Program-made: the position numbers and the translations under genes
Notes under the pieces: generated by a model
Databases searched by the model: none
The model's input: only the letters and a program-made list of their open reading frames with translations
What the model was told of the DNA's origin: nothing
Shown here: one piece after another, positions 28,877 to 37,907 of the stretch
Position numbering within the stretch: the first letter of the stretch is position 1
Layout: each line of letters begins with the position of its first letter
NCBI GenBank assembly: GCA_947371415.1
Contig: CANBPJ010000001.1
Location: 1-40,604, forward strand
Source of the DNA: Burkholderiaceae bacterium
GTDB taxonomy: Bacteria; Pseudomonadota; Gammaproteobacteria; Burkholderiales; Burkholderiaceae
Direction: 5' to 3'
Length of the DNA stretch: 40,604 bases

Positions 28877-30334
28877 GTGTCAAATTCATCGCCGGTTGGG
28901 AAGCCTATTCCTATAGATGTTATCGAGGAATCTCTTTATGAGGTCCGGCGCAAGATTTACCCACGCTCAGTCAGTGGGCTTTTTGCCCGTTGGCGTTTTA
29001 TTCTAGTTTTCGCCACGCAATTACTGTTCTATGGTCTTCCTTGGATTAGTTGGAATGGCCGGCAAGCAGTTCTCTTTGATTTAATTCAGCGTAAGTTTTA
29101 TATCTTCGGCCTGGTGTTGTGGCCACAGGATGTGATCTACTTAACACTGCTATTGATTCTTTCCGCGTTAGCACTTTTCCTTTTTACTGCAGTTGCGGGC
29201 CGTCTATTTTGTGGTTACGCTTGTCCACAAACGGTTTATACCGAAATCTTTATGTGGATTGAACGCAAGGTCGAGGGTGACCGATTTGCGCGTATTAGAT
29301 TGGATGGAGAAGAGTGGCCTTGGGGTTTCCGTAAATGGCGCCTGAAGATCACAAAACATTTTTTATGGCTCTCGGTTGCATTTTGGACGGGCTTCACGTT
29401 CATTGGCTACTTCACCCCGATTGAAACTCTCAGCGCTGCCATCCTACATTTATCGCTAGGCCCATGGCAAACTTTTTGGCTGTGCTTCTATAGCTTTGCA
29501 ACCTGGGGTAATGCAGGATTTATGCGTGAACAGGTTTGTAAATATATGTGTCCATACGCACGCTTTCAGAGCGTGATGGTCGACAAAGATACCTTCTTGG
29601 TTACTTACGACAAAGTTCGTGGTGAGCCAAGGGGTAGTCGGAGTAAGTCGGCCGACCAGGAAACTTTGGGTTTGGGTGATTGTGTTGATTGCAGCATCTG
29701 TGTTCAAGTATGTCCAACTGGCATAGATATTCGTGAGGGCCTCCAATATATGTGTATTGGTTGTGGCGCCTGTATTGATGCCTGCGATCAAGTAATGGAG
29801 AAGGTTGATTATCCCAAAGGATTGATTCGGTATACAACAGAACGGGCGATAGAAGATCAGGAGAGTAATCAAAGTGCGATACGCCATATCTTGCGTCCTC
29901 GCGTTTTGATATATACCGCTTTCATCACTGTTCTTGCCACTGCATTCCTGGTGTCGCTAGCAACTCGTAATCCTTTGCGGGTAGATGTGATGCGTGATCG
30001 TGGTGCTTTAGCTCGAGAAGTCGATGGTGTACGTATCGAAAATATCTACCGCATTCAGATTATGAATGCCTCTGAAAATAATATGAATGTGCAAGTAAGG
30101 GCTACAGGCTTGCCGGATCTAAAAATCCTGAATTCTCAAGGCCAGTTAGTAACTGAGATTAAGGTTGGGCCAGCCAGTAATTTGCTGTTGCCGATTAAGG
30201 TGAGTACTGCAATCGGTGCAAATGAGTCAGGTAATTACCCAATTCATTTTGATGTGATTGCCCAAGAGTTATCTGGGGATAAGGTGATTACCAGAACTCG
30301 CGAAGAAAAATCTAGTTTTATCATTCCCCGCTAA
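28877..30334 (+). CDS. ccoG: Cytochrome c oxidase accessory protein CcoG/FixG (4Fe-4S; cupric reductase)
   Basis: GRLFCGYACPQT, C.YMCPY, CVDCSICVQVCP, CIGCGACIDAC. Confidence 0.95.
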   Translation: MSNSSPVGKPIPIDVIEESLYEVRRKIYPRSVSGLFARWRFILVFATQLLFYGLPWISWNGRQAVLFDLIQRKFYIFGLVLWPQDVIYLTLLLILSALALFLFTAVAGRLFCGYACPQTVYTEIFMWIERKVEGDRFARIRLDGEEWPWGFRKWRLKITKHFLWLSVAFWTGFTFIGYFTPIETLSAAILHLSLGPWQTFWLCFYSFATWGNAGFMREQVCKYMCPYARFQSVMVDKDTFLVTYDKVRGEPRGSRSKSADQETLGLGDCVDCSICVQVCPTGIDIREGLQYMCIGCGACIDACDQVMEKVDYPKGLIRYTTERAIEDQESNQSAIRHILRPRVLIYTAFITVLATAFLVSLATRNPLRVDVMRDRGALAREVDGVRIENIYRIQIMNASENNMNVQVRATGLPDLKILNSQGQLVTEIKVGPASNLLLPIKVSTAIGANESGNYPIHFDVIAQELSGDKVITRTREEKSSFIIPR

Positions 30335-30358
30335 GCTGTATAGCAAGAGATAAAGAGG

Positions 30359-30571
30359 ATGACTATGTCAGAACTACAAACAAACAAGCCTTGGTATAAA
30401 CAAATGTGGCCGTGGCTGCTGATTAGTGGGCCTGCTGTCGCCGCAATCGGCTGCATGATTACCATCTACCTTGCTGTTAATTTATATGCTGATAAGCCAG
30501 TACGTGATGGTGTTATCAAGCGCGGTTTAAAAGTTGAGCAGATTAATAAAGTAGAGCAGGTTCGAAAATGA
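30359..30571 (+). CDS. ccoH: Short FixH/CcoH family protein
   Basis: KPWYKQ.WPWLLI.GP...A...TIYLA...D..V.D; located directly after ccoG. Confidence 0.75.
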   Translation: MTMSELQTNKPWYKQMWPWLLISGPAVAAIGCMITIYLAVNLYADKPVRDGVIKRGLKVEQINKVEQVRK

Positions 30572-30828
30572 AGTACCGCTTATTCATCTGGATTATGTGG
30601 CCATCTTTTTTGGTTTCTATTCTGGCAGAGGGCCTGCTATTTAGCATCGTGCATCCAGCAGAGCTCTTATTTTTTGGCTGTCACCCCAACATTTCCGATG
30701 AAGGTATCTACACCATCGGATTCTTTATTATCTGGATCTTTTGCTCGTTCTCCAGCGCTTTAACTGCATACATTCTGCCGGGAATTGATGCTGATGGAGA
30801 TAAGGGTTCTGACCGCAGCCTGATTTAA
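30568..30828 (+). CDS. Small two-TM hypothetical protein of the cco locus
   Basis: I.WPSFL...AEGL.FS...P.EL...YTIGFF..W; ATGA-coupled to ccoH. Confidence 0.75.
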   Translation: MKYRLFIWIMWPSFLVSILAEGLLFSIVHPAELLFFGCHPNISDEGIYTIGFFIIWIFCSFSSALTAYILPGIDADGDKGSDRSLI

Positions 30829-30848
30829 GTTGGAGCTGGTTTGATGGC

Positions 30849-31607
30849 TTAGGCGCAGCCGGGCTTGATTTGGGTAGTGCGCTCGGGGTTGGGGATGCTA
30901 GCTAATTCATAGAGACCATTCATATCAATCAGCTTGATGTGACGCTGCTTAATTTGAATTAGCCCAGATTCTGCAAAGCGCGACAGCATACGGCTCACTG
31001 TCTCAATTTGAATGCCGAGATAGCTGCCAATCTCGACGCGACTCATGCGTAGATCAAATTCATTATTGAGGTAACCGCGAGCGGCAAGACGTTGAGAAAG
31101 ATTGAGCAAGAAGGTTGCTAAGCGCTCTTCTGCGCGCAAACTTCCCAGAGAGAGTAGATGACGTTGGTCCTGAGTAAGCTCGCGACTCAGAATTCGATGA
31201 AATTGTTTCTGCAATACCGGGATCTGGCGCGCCAAATCCTCAAAGGCTTCATATCGAATAATGCAGACTTCGCTCTCTTCGAGGGCAATCGCTTCAGATT
31301 GATAGTTGCCATCACCAATGCCATCGAGACCCAAAATCTCACCAGGTAAATGAAAGCCAATGACCTGCTGACGCCCATCTTCTAGGCAGTATTCAGTTTT
31401 GAGGGTTCCAAAGCGGATGCTGTAAACCGCATTGAGGGGTTCGCCATGGCGGTAGAGGCTTTCGCCTTTTTGGAGGTGTACACGCTCCTTAACAAGTGTA
31501 TCGATCTTAGCAATATCGCTTGGGCTGATACCAACTGGCAAGCAAAACTGACCCAGCACACATACTGAGCATTTACTACCAGGGGCATCCGAGCTGGTGT
31601 AATTCAT
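30849..31607 (-). CDS. fnr: FNR O2-sensing transcriptional regulator
   Basis: CSVCVLGQFC plus central EVC (four Fe-S Cys), AEERLA.FL, ETVSR recognition helix. Confidence 0.93.
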   Translation of the reverse strand: MNYTSSDAPGSKCSVCVLGQFCLPVGISPSDIAKIDTLVKERVHLQKGESLYRHGEPLNAVYSIRFGTLKTEYCLEDGRQQVIGFHLPGEILGLDGIGDGNYQSEAIALEESEVCIIRYEAFEDLARQIPVLQKQFHRILSRELTQDQRHLLSLGSLRAEERLATFLLNLSQRLAARGYLNNEFDLRMSRVEIGSYLGIQIETVSRMLSRFAESGLIQIKQRHIKLIDMNGLYELASIPNPERTTQIKPGCA

Positions 31608-31689
31608 ATTGGATCTAGTTATCAGACCAGTTTATTCTACTAGCATAATGTGCGATTTTAATATTTCTCCCATAGTGGCTGATACCTAG

Positions 31690-32421
31690 ATGCTAACCAC
31701 TACCCTTTTGCTGGCCGTGTTTTTGGGTGCCTTGGTGAGTGGGTGGCATTGCGCCTTAATGTGTGGCGGCATTGCTGCAGCGATTGAGCGCCAGGGTGAG
31801 GGTCATAGAGCGACTTACACCCCATTGCAGAGTAAATCCCAGCTGTTTTATCTTCAATTAATCATGCACTTAGGACGCTTGACGACCTACGTGTTGCTTG
31901 GGGTGATTGCCGCTTGGGCTGGCGTAGTTGTATGGCAGCAAAATCTGATTCCTGTTCAGCGCCCATTGTTTGCCTTTACCTCTTTTATTTTGATCTACAT
32001 GGGGCTGCGATTACTTCGTCAGAACTCAAAAAGCTCTCTATTGGTGGGTAAGTGGCTTGGTGCTCGCATGGCTGGCTACTGGGCCAAGTATTTAGGACGC
32101 TTTGCTGGCCGGTCATCTCGTTGGTTCAGTGGCATGTTGTGGGGTTTAGTTCCCTGTGGTCTGGTGTACAGCATTTTGCCCCTAGCTTTTTTGTCAGGAG
32201 ACGTCTTTACAGGTGCAGCGCTGATGCTGGCATTTGGATTGGGTACATTGCCCAATCTATTATTGATCTCTAAATTTTCAGCGGCCCTGACTCAGTTTGG
32301 TCAATATGCATGGGTGCGCTATATTGCGGCTGGTCTGTTGATCTCGGCTGGCGTATTTGGACTCTATCGCGCCTGGTATTTGCCCGAAGCTTTGCTAAAA
32401 GGCGGATTCTGCATTACCTAA
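31690..32421 (+). CDS. TauE/SafE-like (DsbD_2) membrane protein linked to cbb3 biogenesis
   Basis: HCALMCGG, GRL.TY, G.LWGLVPCGLVY, M.AFGLGTLP. Confidence 0.85.
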   Translation: MLTTTLLLAVFLGALVSGWHCALMCGGIAAAIERQGEGHRATYTPLQSKSQLFYLQLIMHLGRLTTYVLLGVIAAWAGVVVWQQNLIPVQRPLFAFTSFILIYMGLRLLRQNSKSSLLVGKWLGARMAGYWAKYLGRFAGRSSRWFSGMLWGLVPCGLVYSILPLAFLSGDVFTGAALMLAFGLGTLPNLLLISKFSAALTQFGQYAWVRYIAAGLLISAGVFGLYRAWYLPEALLKGGFCIT

Positions 32422-34056
32422 GCGGTGTTCATTGACTGCAGATGCAATACCGTGCTGAAGGTCTGGGTAAACACAATCCTTTGGCAATCTCTCGAGCAGT
32501 CCTCCACGAATAGCCATCTCATGCGGCTGATGAGCCAGCCCGCAAATAATGAGTTTGATACCTTTTGCTTTGCAGACCTCTTCGAGTTCGAGGATGGCGT
32601 CCATACCGGATACATCAATGTAGATGACATTTTTCAAGTCCAGCAATAAGGTGTGGGAGGGCAGTTTATTTTCAATGCTCTCCAACATTCTGACTGCGCC
32701 AAAAAAGATGGCGCCATACATTCTGAAGGCAGCAATCTCGCCTTGGTGCTGAAGTAGGTCCGGGAAGTCGGCTGCATTTGCTGGCTCGTAACGCGACAGG
32801 CTAGAGATGCGATAGATAAAGGTGATAAATGCGAGCAGTAGACCAACTTGTATCGCAACGGTCAAATCAAGAATGATCGTGAGAAAAAATACACTCAACA
32901 TCGTGATCCGATAGGGTAGACGAAATTGCTTGAGATCAATAAATTTTTTCCATTCACCCATATTCCAAGCAACAAACATGAGGATGGCGGCGAGGCTAGC
33001 TAAGGGAATATTTTTGGCCAGTGGTGCGCCAAATAGAATAATCACGAGCAAAGTGACGGAGTGAACCATTCCGGCAATGGGTGTCCCCGCACCACTTTGT
33101 ATATTAGTGACCGTTCTTGCAATGGTGCCAGTAGCCGGCATGCCACCAAAAAATGGTGTCACGAGATTTGCAACACCTTGAGCCATGAGTTCTTGATTTG
33201 AATTATGGCGATCATGGATTAATCCATCAGCAACCCTTGCGCATAGCAGTGATTCAATAGCGCCTAGTAAGGCCAGAGTAATAGCAGGAGCAATCACAAA
33301 CTGTGCCGTGCCCCAGTTAATTGGAATCCATTCAAAACTAGGTAAGCCCGATGGAATGCCGCCAAAGCGACTGCCAATCGTATCTACGGGAAGATTTAGT
33401 GCGCTAGTGAGTATGGTGGCAGCAGCCATCGCAATCACTGTTCCTGGGATATGGCTAAGGTAGCCTAGGTTTTTTTGAAAGGCCCTCCAAATAATTAAGA
33501 GAGCGAGACTAGCAATCGATAGCATCAAAGCAGCAGGATTAAAGGTATCGGCAGCTGCATATAAGGCTTGGACTGCTTGAAAAAATTCAGCAGGCATCTT
33601 GCTAATTTGCAGGCCAAAAAATTCTTTTACTTGAGAGATGCCAATTAGTACGGCAATCCCATTGGTAAATCCAATAATGACGGCCACTGGAATAAACCGA
33701 ACCAAAGTCCCGAGACGGAAGAGGCCCATCAAGAATAAAAATATCCCAGACATGGCAGTCGCTAGCAATAAATTAGCAATGCCGTAATGATCAACAATGC
33801 CATACACAATCACAATGAAGGCGCCGGCTGGCCCACCAATTTGTACGCGACTTCCGCCTAAGATCGATATCAGCCCCCCTGCAATGATGGCGGTAAAGAT
33901 ACCTGCTTCTGGCTTGAGTCCACTGGCAATGGCAAATGCCATGGCTAGTGGGAGCGCTACGACGCCAACCGTAATACCAGCCATGACATCTTTACCAAAG
34001 AGGGATCCGTTATAACCCTTAAAAGAGTCGAACAGTTTTGGTTGAAAGAATTTCAT
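32395..34056 (-). CDS. SulP/SLC26 anion transporter with STAS domain
   Basis: AGITVGVVALPLAMAFAIASG, GGS..QIGGP, ESLL, NQEL.AQG.AN, GAIFFG, ID.SG; start moved to ATG 34056 (MKFFQPKL). Confidence 0.93.
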   Translation of the reverse strand: MKFFQPKLFDSFKGYNGSLFGKDVMAGITVGVVALPLAMAFAIASGLKPEAGIFTAIIAGGLISILGGSRVQIGGPAGAFIVIVYGIVDHYGIANLLLATAMSGIFLFLMGLFRLGTLVRFIPVAVIIGFTNGIAVLIGISQVKEFFGLQISKMPAEFFQAVQALYAAADTFNPAALMLSIASLALLIIWRAFQKNLGYLSHIPGTVIAMAAATILTSALNLPVDTIGSRFGGIPSGLPSFEWIPINWGTAQFVIAPAITLALLGAIESLLCARVADGLIHDRHNSNQELMAQGVANLVTPFFGGMPATGTIARTVTNIQSGAGTPIAGMVHSVTLLVIILFGAPLAKNIPLASLAAILMFVAWNMGEWKKFIDLKQFRLPYRITMLSVFFLTIILDLTVAIQVGLLLAFITFIYRISSLSRYEPANAADFPDLLQHQGEIAAFRMYGAIFFGAVRMLESIENKLPSHTLLLDLKNVIYIDVSGMDAILELEEVCKAKGIKLIICGLAHQPHEMAIRGGLLERLPKDCVYPDLQHGIASAVNEHRLGNAESAF

Positions 34057-34070
34057 TAGGAGACGGCTGT

Positions 34071-34472
34071 TTAGCCTACTCGAGTACCAACCCAATAGGC
34101 AAGCGTGGCGGAGAGTGCCGTTAAAGCAGAACCCCAAGCAATATCAATAAATGCGAGCCGAACTGGAAAGTCCCGAATGACTGCTAAATTGGTCAAGTCG
34201 TAAGTCATATAGCAGAAGAATCCAAATAGGGCGCCATATTGCATCGCATAAATCCAGGACTGTTTGGAGATTGCTGGAAGAATCACAAAAATCGATGTGC
34301 CCAGTGCGTACAAAAGATAGAAACCCAGCCCTGCCAGTAATTTGGGTTCACTCGCCATGAGTGAGCCCATATCGTCGCGATAGATGTTTTTGGCAACACC
34401 GAGCAGCCAAATTAAATCAATCACGACTAATGACAGGAGAAATGAAAAATACACCGCCAAGTACTTTAGCAA
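34071..34472 (-). CDS. DUF2177 family membrane protein
   Basis: ID.IWL..VA...Y, FYLLY, GALFG...Y.TYDLTNLA, DIAWG. Confidence 0.85.
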   Translation of the reverse strand: MLKYLAVYFSFLLSLVVIDLIWLLGVAKNIYRDDMGSLMASEPKLLAGLGFYLLYALGTSIFVILPAISKQSWIYAMQYGALFGFFCYMTYDLTNLAVIRDFPVRLAFIDIAWGSALTALSATLAYWVGTRVG

Positions 34473-34560
34473 TTAAGTTTCCTTTTTATGCTTTTACAGG
34501 TGAATAATATGGATTATGATGGAATGAAGCACGTTAGGGTTTAATTTAACAGGAGTCAAT

Positions 34561-35001
34561 ATGTTCAAGAACTTATTAGTACCGGTTGATGGTTCAGACG
34601 TAAGTAAAAAGTCTTTAAAAAAGGTGGCAGAACTTGCTAAAGCCGATAAGGCTGCTGTGACATTGGTCTATGTCTCAGATCCTATGCCGCCGATGGTCTA
34701 CTCAGATAGCACTATGGGCTATGGCATCTCCCAAAAAGATCATAAGAAGGTTTGCGAGGCTTATGCTGCCGATGTCTTTAAAAAGGCTACAGTTGCATTG
34801 GGTGCGGGCATTAAATCTAGCGCCCTTCATATTGCCAATGGAAATTTATCCGAGGGTATTTTGGATGCTGCCAAGAAAGCGAAGGCAGATGTGATCGTGA
34901 TGGCTTCACATAAGCGCACTGGCATCAAGAGCGTCTTGCTAGGTAGCGAAACGCACGAGGTGATTGTGCATTCGAAGTTGCCAGTATTGGTTCTAGGGTA
35001 A
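34561..35001 (+). CDS. Universal stress protein
   Basis: MFKNLLVPVDGS, DVIVMASH.R.G....LLGSET..V.....PVLV; AGGAG SD. Confidence 0.93.
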   Translation: MFKNLLVPVDGSDVSKKSLKKVAELAKADKAAVTLVYVSDPMPPMVYSDSTMGYGISQKDHKKVCEAYAADVFKKATVALGAGIKSSALHIANGNLSEGILDAAKKAKADVIVMASHKRTGIKSVLLGSETHEVIVHSKLPVLVLG

Positions 35002-35022
35002 TACTCAAGGCATCAAAAAATG

Positions 35023-35047
35023 AAGGGGTCCAATGGACCCCTTTTTT
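35023..35047 (+). terminator. Intrinsic terminator after the USP gene (possibly bidirectional)
   Basis: AAGGGGTCC-AAT-GGACCCCTT followed by a T-run; A-run upstream. Confidence 0.85.
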
Positions 35048-35087
35048 ATTCTTCACTTTAATTTTTAATGTTTGTATTTGCTAATCT

Positions 35088-36566
35088 TTAGTTATTGGTG
35101 GGCGTGCCCAGCAATAAAATCTCTCTGGTCAGCAATCCACTGTCGCCATCGCGCATGTTCCACAAATCTAATTGGGTTTTTGAACTATAGGGATCCACGT
35201 AGACCCCATCTTTTCTTAATTCAAAATGCAGGTGAGGGCCTGTAGAGCGGCCAGTGGAGCCAACATAGCCAATCTCCAAGCCGCGGCGTACCTCATTACC
35301 TATCTCTAGTTCTACGTTGTAGTTACTTAAATGGGCATAGTAGGTGCGGTAATTTCCGGGGTGTTCCAGAATGATGAGATTGCCAAAAGCGCCGCTAAAT
35401 CCGAGATGCGCTACCTTCCCCGTGGCTACGCTAAAAATAGGCGTTCCGATGGGTGCGGCGTAATCAATGCCCATATGCGCGCGATAACGTTGCTTAGATG
35501 AGGCTACTGGCGCAGCACCACTCTTTACGGGGGCAGGCTTTTTACTGGAGGCGCGCACACTCCCAACGCCACGTGAGATGCGTCGATAGCTCAGAGGGTT
35601 GGTCCAGAAGGTGCGCTCGATCGATTCTCCAGTTGCGGTATAAAAGCCGCCGGGAATGTCGTTGCGATCAACCCAAAATGCACTTGCAAATACTTCTTTG
35701 GAAGAGGGGTCAATAATTTCTACCGCCCAAATTTGCGCCCAGTGTTCTTTGTCGCCAAAGTCCACGATCAGACGAACAATGCTGTTAGTATTTTCTAAGG
35801 TATTACTTTCTTCGGGATAAATTTGTTTAATAACAGAGTTCAGTTCCCAAATTAACTCCACTGGTAATTTATCACCGACCTTTTTAGGGTCATACAGCAC
35901 ATCGCTGAGTCGAAATTGCACTTCAGTAAAGCGCTTCGACTCATCTTTTAAGTAGTCTTGCTGAATCAAGAAGCTGCCAGCTGCCGAAGGGGTAAAGGTC
36001 CAAATCTCCGTCTTGGCATCTTGCAGGGGGCCATTCATGATGCTGAGAGATTCAAATCGATTGCGACTACCAAGGGCTAGAGCATAGGGAATACAGCTAC
36101 CACGCATTCGATCAAAAAATCCTTTAGTTTGCGCCTTAAAAAAATCATTGAGCTTGCGATCCTCCAGTCCGATATTGGCCGGCAGATTGTCCTCATTAAA
36201 GCTGCGGCGTAGACAACCCCGTTGTACGCGGTAGTCGAGGTTTGCTCCACCATCATAGGTGTGCTCACCCTCGATCCGTTTAAATAATTCGGGGTTTAAG
36301 CTCATGCTTTTCGAGGACTGATTGAGTGAGCTGTCTTTGAATTTGATACCAGACTGCTTGCTGCTTGGTATGGCAGCCTTTTGTTTTACCTGGGGAGTTT
36401 TGCTTGTTTTATTGGTTTGACTTGCGGATTGCGCTTGCGCACTAGAGATGGCATTGAGCGCTGGTAATGAAATCAGGATGATGAGAGAGAGCCCAATAAT
36501 CTGGATGGCGTTATTTAATCGGTATGACAGATGGTTTGCTTTTTTCTTCACCGACCAATTATCCAA
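35088..36566 (-). CDS. Membrane-anchored M23 family metallopeptidase (start uncertain)
   Basis: HMGIDYAAP.GTP (HxxxD), YAHL, STGRSTGPHLHFE (HxH); N-terminal hydrophobic segment. Confidence 0.88.
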   Translation of the reverse strand: MDNWSVKKKANHLSYRLNNAIQIIGLSLIILISLPALNAISSAQAQSASQTNKTSKTPQVKQKAAIPSSKQSGIKFKDSSLNQSSKSMSLNPELFKRIEGEHTYDGGANLDYRVQRGCLRRSFNEDNLPANIGLEDRKLNDFFKAQTKGFFDRMRGSCIPYALALGSRNRFESLSIMNGPLQDAKTEIWTFTPSAAGSFLIQQDYLKDESKRFTEVQFRLSDVLYDPKKVGDKLPVELIWELNSVIKQIYPEESNTLENTNSIVRLIVDFGDKEHWAQIWAVEIIDPSSKEVFASAFWVDRNDIPGGFYTATGESIERTFWTNPLSYRRISRGVGSVRASSKKPAPVKSGAAPVASSKQRYRAHMGIDYAAPIGTPIFSVATGKVAHLGFSGAFGNLIILEHPGNYRTYYAHLSNYNVELEIGNEVRRGLEIGYVGSTGRSTGPHLHFELRKDGVYVDPYSSKTQLDLWNMRDGDSGLLTREILLLGTPTNN

Positions 36567-36616
36567 TATTGTTGCCTAGCTTCTAGATCTTTATGTTGTA
36601 GTGCAACAATTTTCTA

Positions 36617-36658
36617 TTGAAGTGGGTCAAGGAAAGTAACAAAAGTTGCCGATACAAT
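36617..36658 (+). promoter_or_regulatory. Candidate class II FNR/CRP-family promoter of the enolase-superfamily gene
   Basis: TTGAA-GTGG-GTCAA (36617-36630; 8/10 match) and -10 TACAAT (36653-36658), the same spacing as at ccoN. Confidence 0.5.
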
Positions 36659-36682
36659 AATTTTTTGAATATAGGAGCTTAC

Positions 36683-37816
36683 ATGCCCATTATTGAGTCG
36701 GTATCAGTTGCATCAGTTGCGGTGCCTTTGGATAAAGTCACCTCTTTTTCCACTCGGACGGTTTCAGAGCGGCACTATTGTTTAGTGAAGGTCCGCGGCA
36801 AGGACGGCAATGAGGGTATTGGCTTTTGTTATGTTGGTAGTGCGGGTGGCGATATCGCCAAGCTTGCCGTAGAGCAATTGCTAGCTCCAAAGTTAATTGG
36901 TCAAAACAGCCATCGTAGCGAAGGTTTGTGGATGGATATGTATAACGAATCCATTCTGCAGGGACGTTCTGGTGCAGTCATGCGCGGCATCTCTATTCTG
37001 GATACAGCGCTGTGGGATTTAAACGCTCGCGCCGCTAAATTACCACTTCACCACTATTTGGGATCAGTTGTGGATGACCGTGTTCCGGCCTACGCCAGCG
37101 GCGGCTACTACTTAGAAGGAAAAACGCCTGCCAAATTGGGCAAAGAGATGGAGTCTTACGTTCAGCAGGGCTTTAAGGCTGTCAAAATGAAAGTAGGACG
37201 TCTTTCCCCAAGAGAAGAAGAGGCGCGTGTTAAGGCCGCTCGTAAGGCCGTAGGTGAGGATGTTTTGCTCACCTTGGATGCAAACAATGCCTGGCGCGAT
37301 CTACCCACAGCATTGGAATATATTCGCCGCTTTGAAGCCTACAACCCTTACTGGATTGAGGAGCCTTTTTCTCCCGATGCTATTGATTTGCACGCGGCTT
37401 TGGCCCGTCAAACCAAAATTAACGTCGCCACCGGTGAAATGGAGTCTGGACGCTGGCGTTTTAGGGAGTTAATCGATGCGGGCGGCGCTGCAATTTTGCA
37501 ATCGGATGCAGCAGTCTGTGGCGGTATTACGGAGTGGCGCCGTATTTCTGCTTATGCTGACTTAAAAGGCGTGATTGTTTGCCCGCATTGGATGCATGAT
37601 TTACACGCGCCTTTGGTTGCTGCAACGCCAAATGCCCGCTTTGTGGAATTTTTCTTGGATGATCAGGTCTTGAATTTCCGTAGATTAATCAATAAGCAAC
37701 TCACCTTCAAGAATGGTGATTTGATTTTGCATAAAACGCCAGGCTTAGGTTTTGAGTTTGATGAGGCAGCGGTCAAGAAATACGCGGGTAAGACAGCCTG
37801 GACAAAAATTGTTTAG
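36683..37816 (+). CDS. Mandelate racemase/muconate lactonizing enzyme family protein (probable acid dehydratase)
   Basis: DTALWD, YASGGYY, KMKVG (KxK), LDAN, WIEEP, ATGE, D...CGG, PH; ATG 36683 follows AGGAG. Confidence 0.9.
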   Translation: MPIIESVSVASVAVPLDKVTSFSTRTVSERHYCLVKVRGKDGNEGIGFCYVGSAGGDIAKLAVEQLLAPKLIGQNSHRSEGLWMDMYNESILQGRSGAVMRGISILDTALWDLNARAAKLPLHHYLGSVVDDRVPAYASGGYYLEGKTPAKLGKEMESYVQQGFKAVKMKVGRLSPREEEARVKAARKAVGEDVLLTLDANNAWRDLPTALEYIRRFEAYNPYWIEEPFSPDAIDLHAALARQTKINVATGEMESGRWRFRELIDAGGAAILQSDAAVCGGITEWRRISAYADLKGVIVCPHWMHDLHAPLVAATPNARFVEFFLDDQVLNFRRLINKQLTFKNGDLILHKTPGLGFEFDEAAVKKYAGKTAWTKIV

Positions 37817-37841
37817 ATGATTCATCGTATTGCTGAGTAGT

Positions 37842-37878
37842 AAAAAATAATCCCGCCTCATGAGCGGGATTATTTTTT
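37842..37878. terminator. Bidirectional intrinsic terminator
   Basis: AAAAAATAATCCCGC-CTCATGA-GCGGGATTATTTTTT between convergent genes. Confidence 0.92.
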
Positions 37879-37907
37879 GACAGATCCGAAGCCATGCTTC
37901 GGGGTGC

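Noticed and set aside
34057-34137. 27-aa N-terminal extension of SulP
   Set aside because: It overlaps DUF2177 and does not look like SulP sequence; ATG 34056 is more plausible.
34071-34472. DUF2177 as a displaced member of the light/lipid cluster
   Set aside because: It is 27 kb away, no shared motif was seen, and my recollection of the family context is too weak to support the link.
36617-36682. TTG-start extension of the enolase-family gene
   Set aside because: It spans the promoter elements; ATG 36683 has an AGGAG SD.
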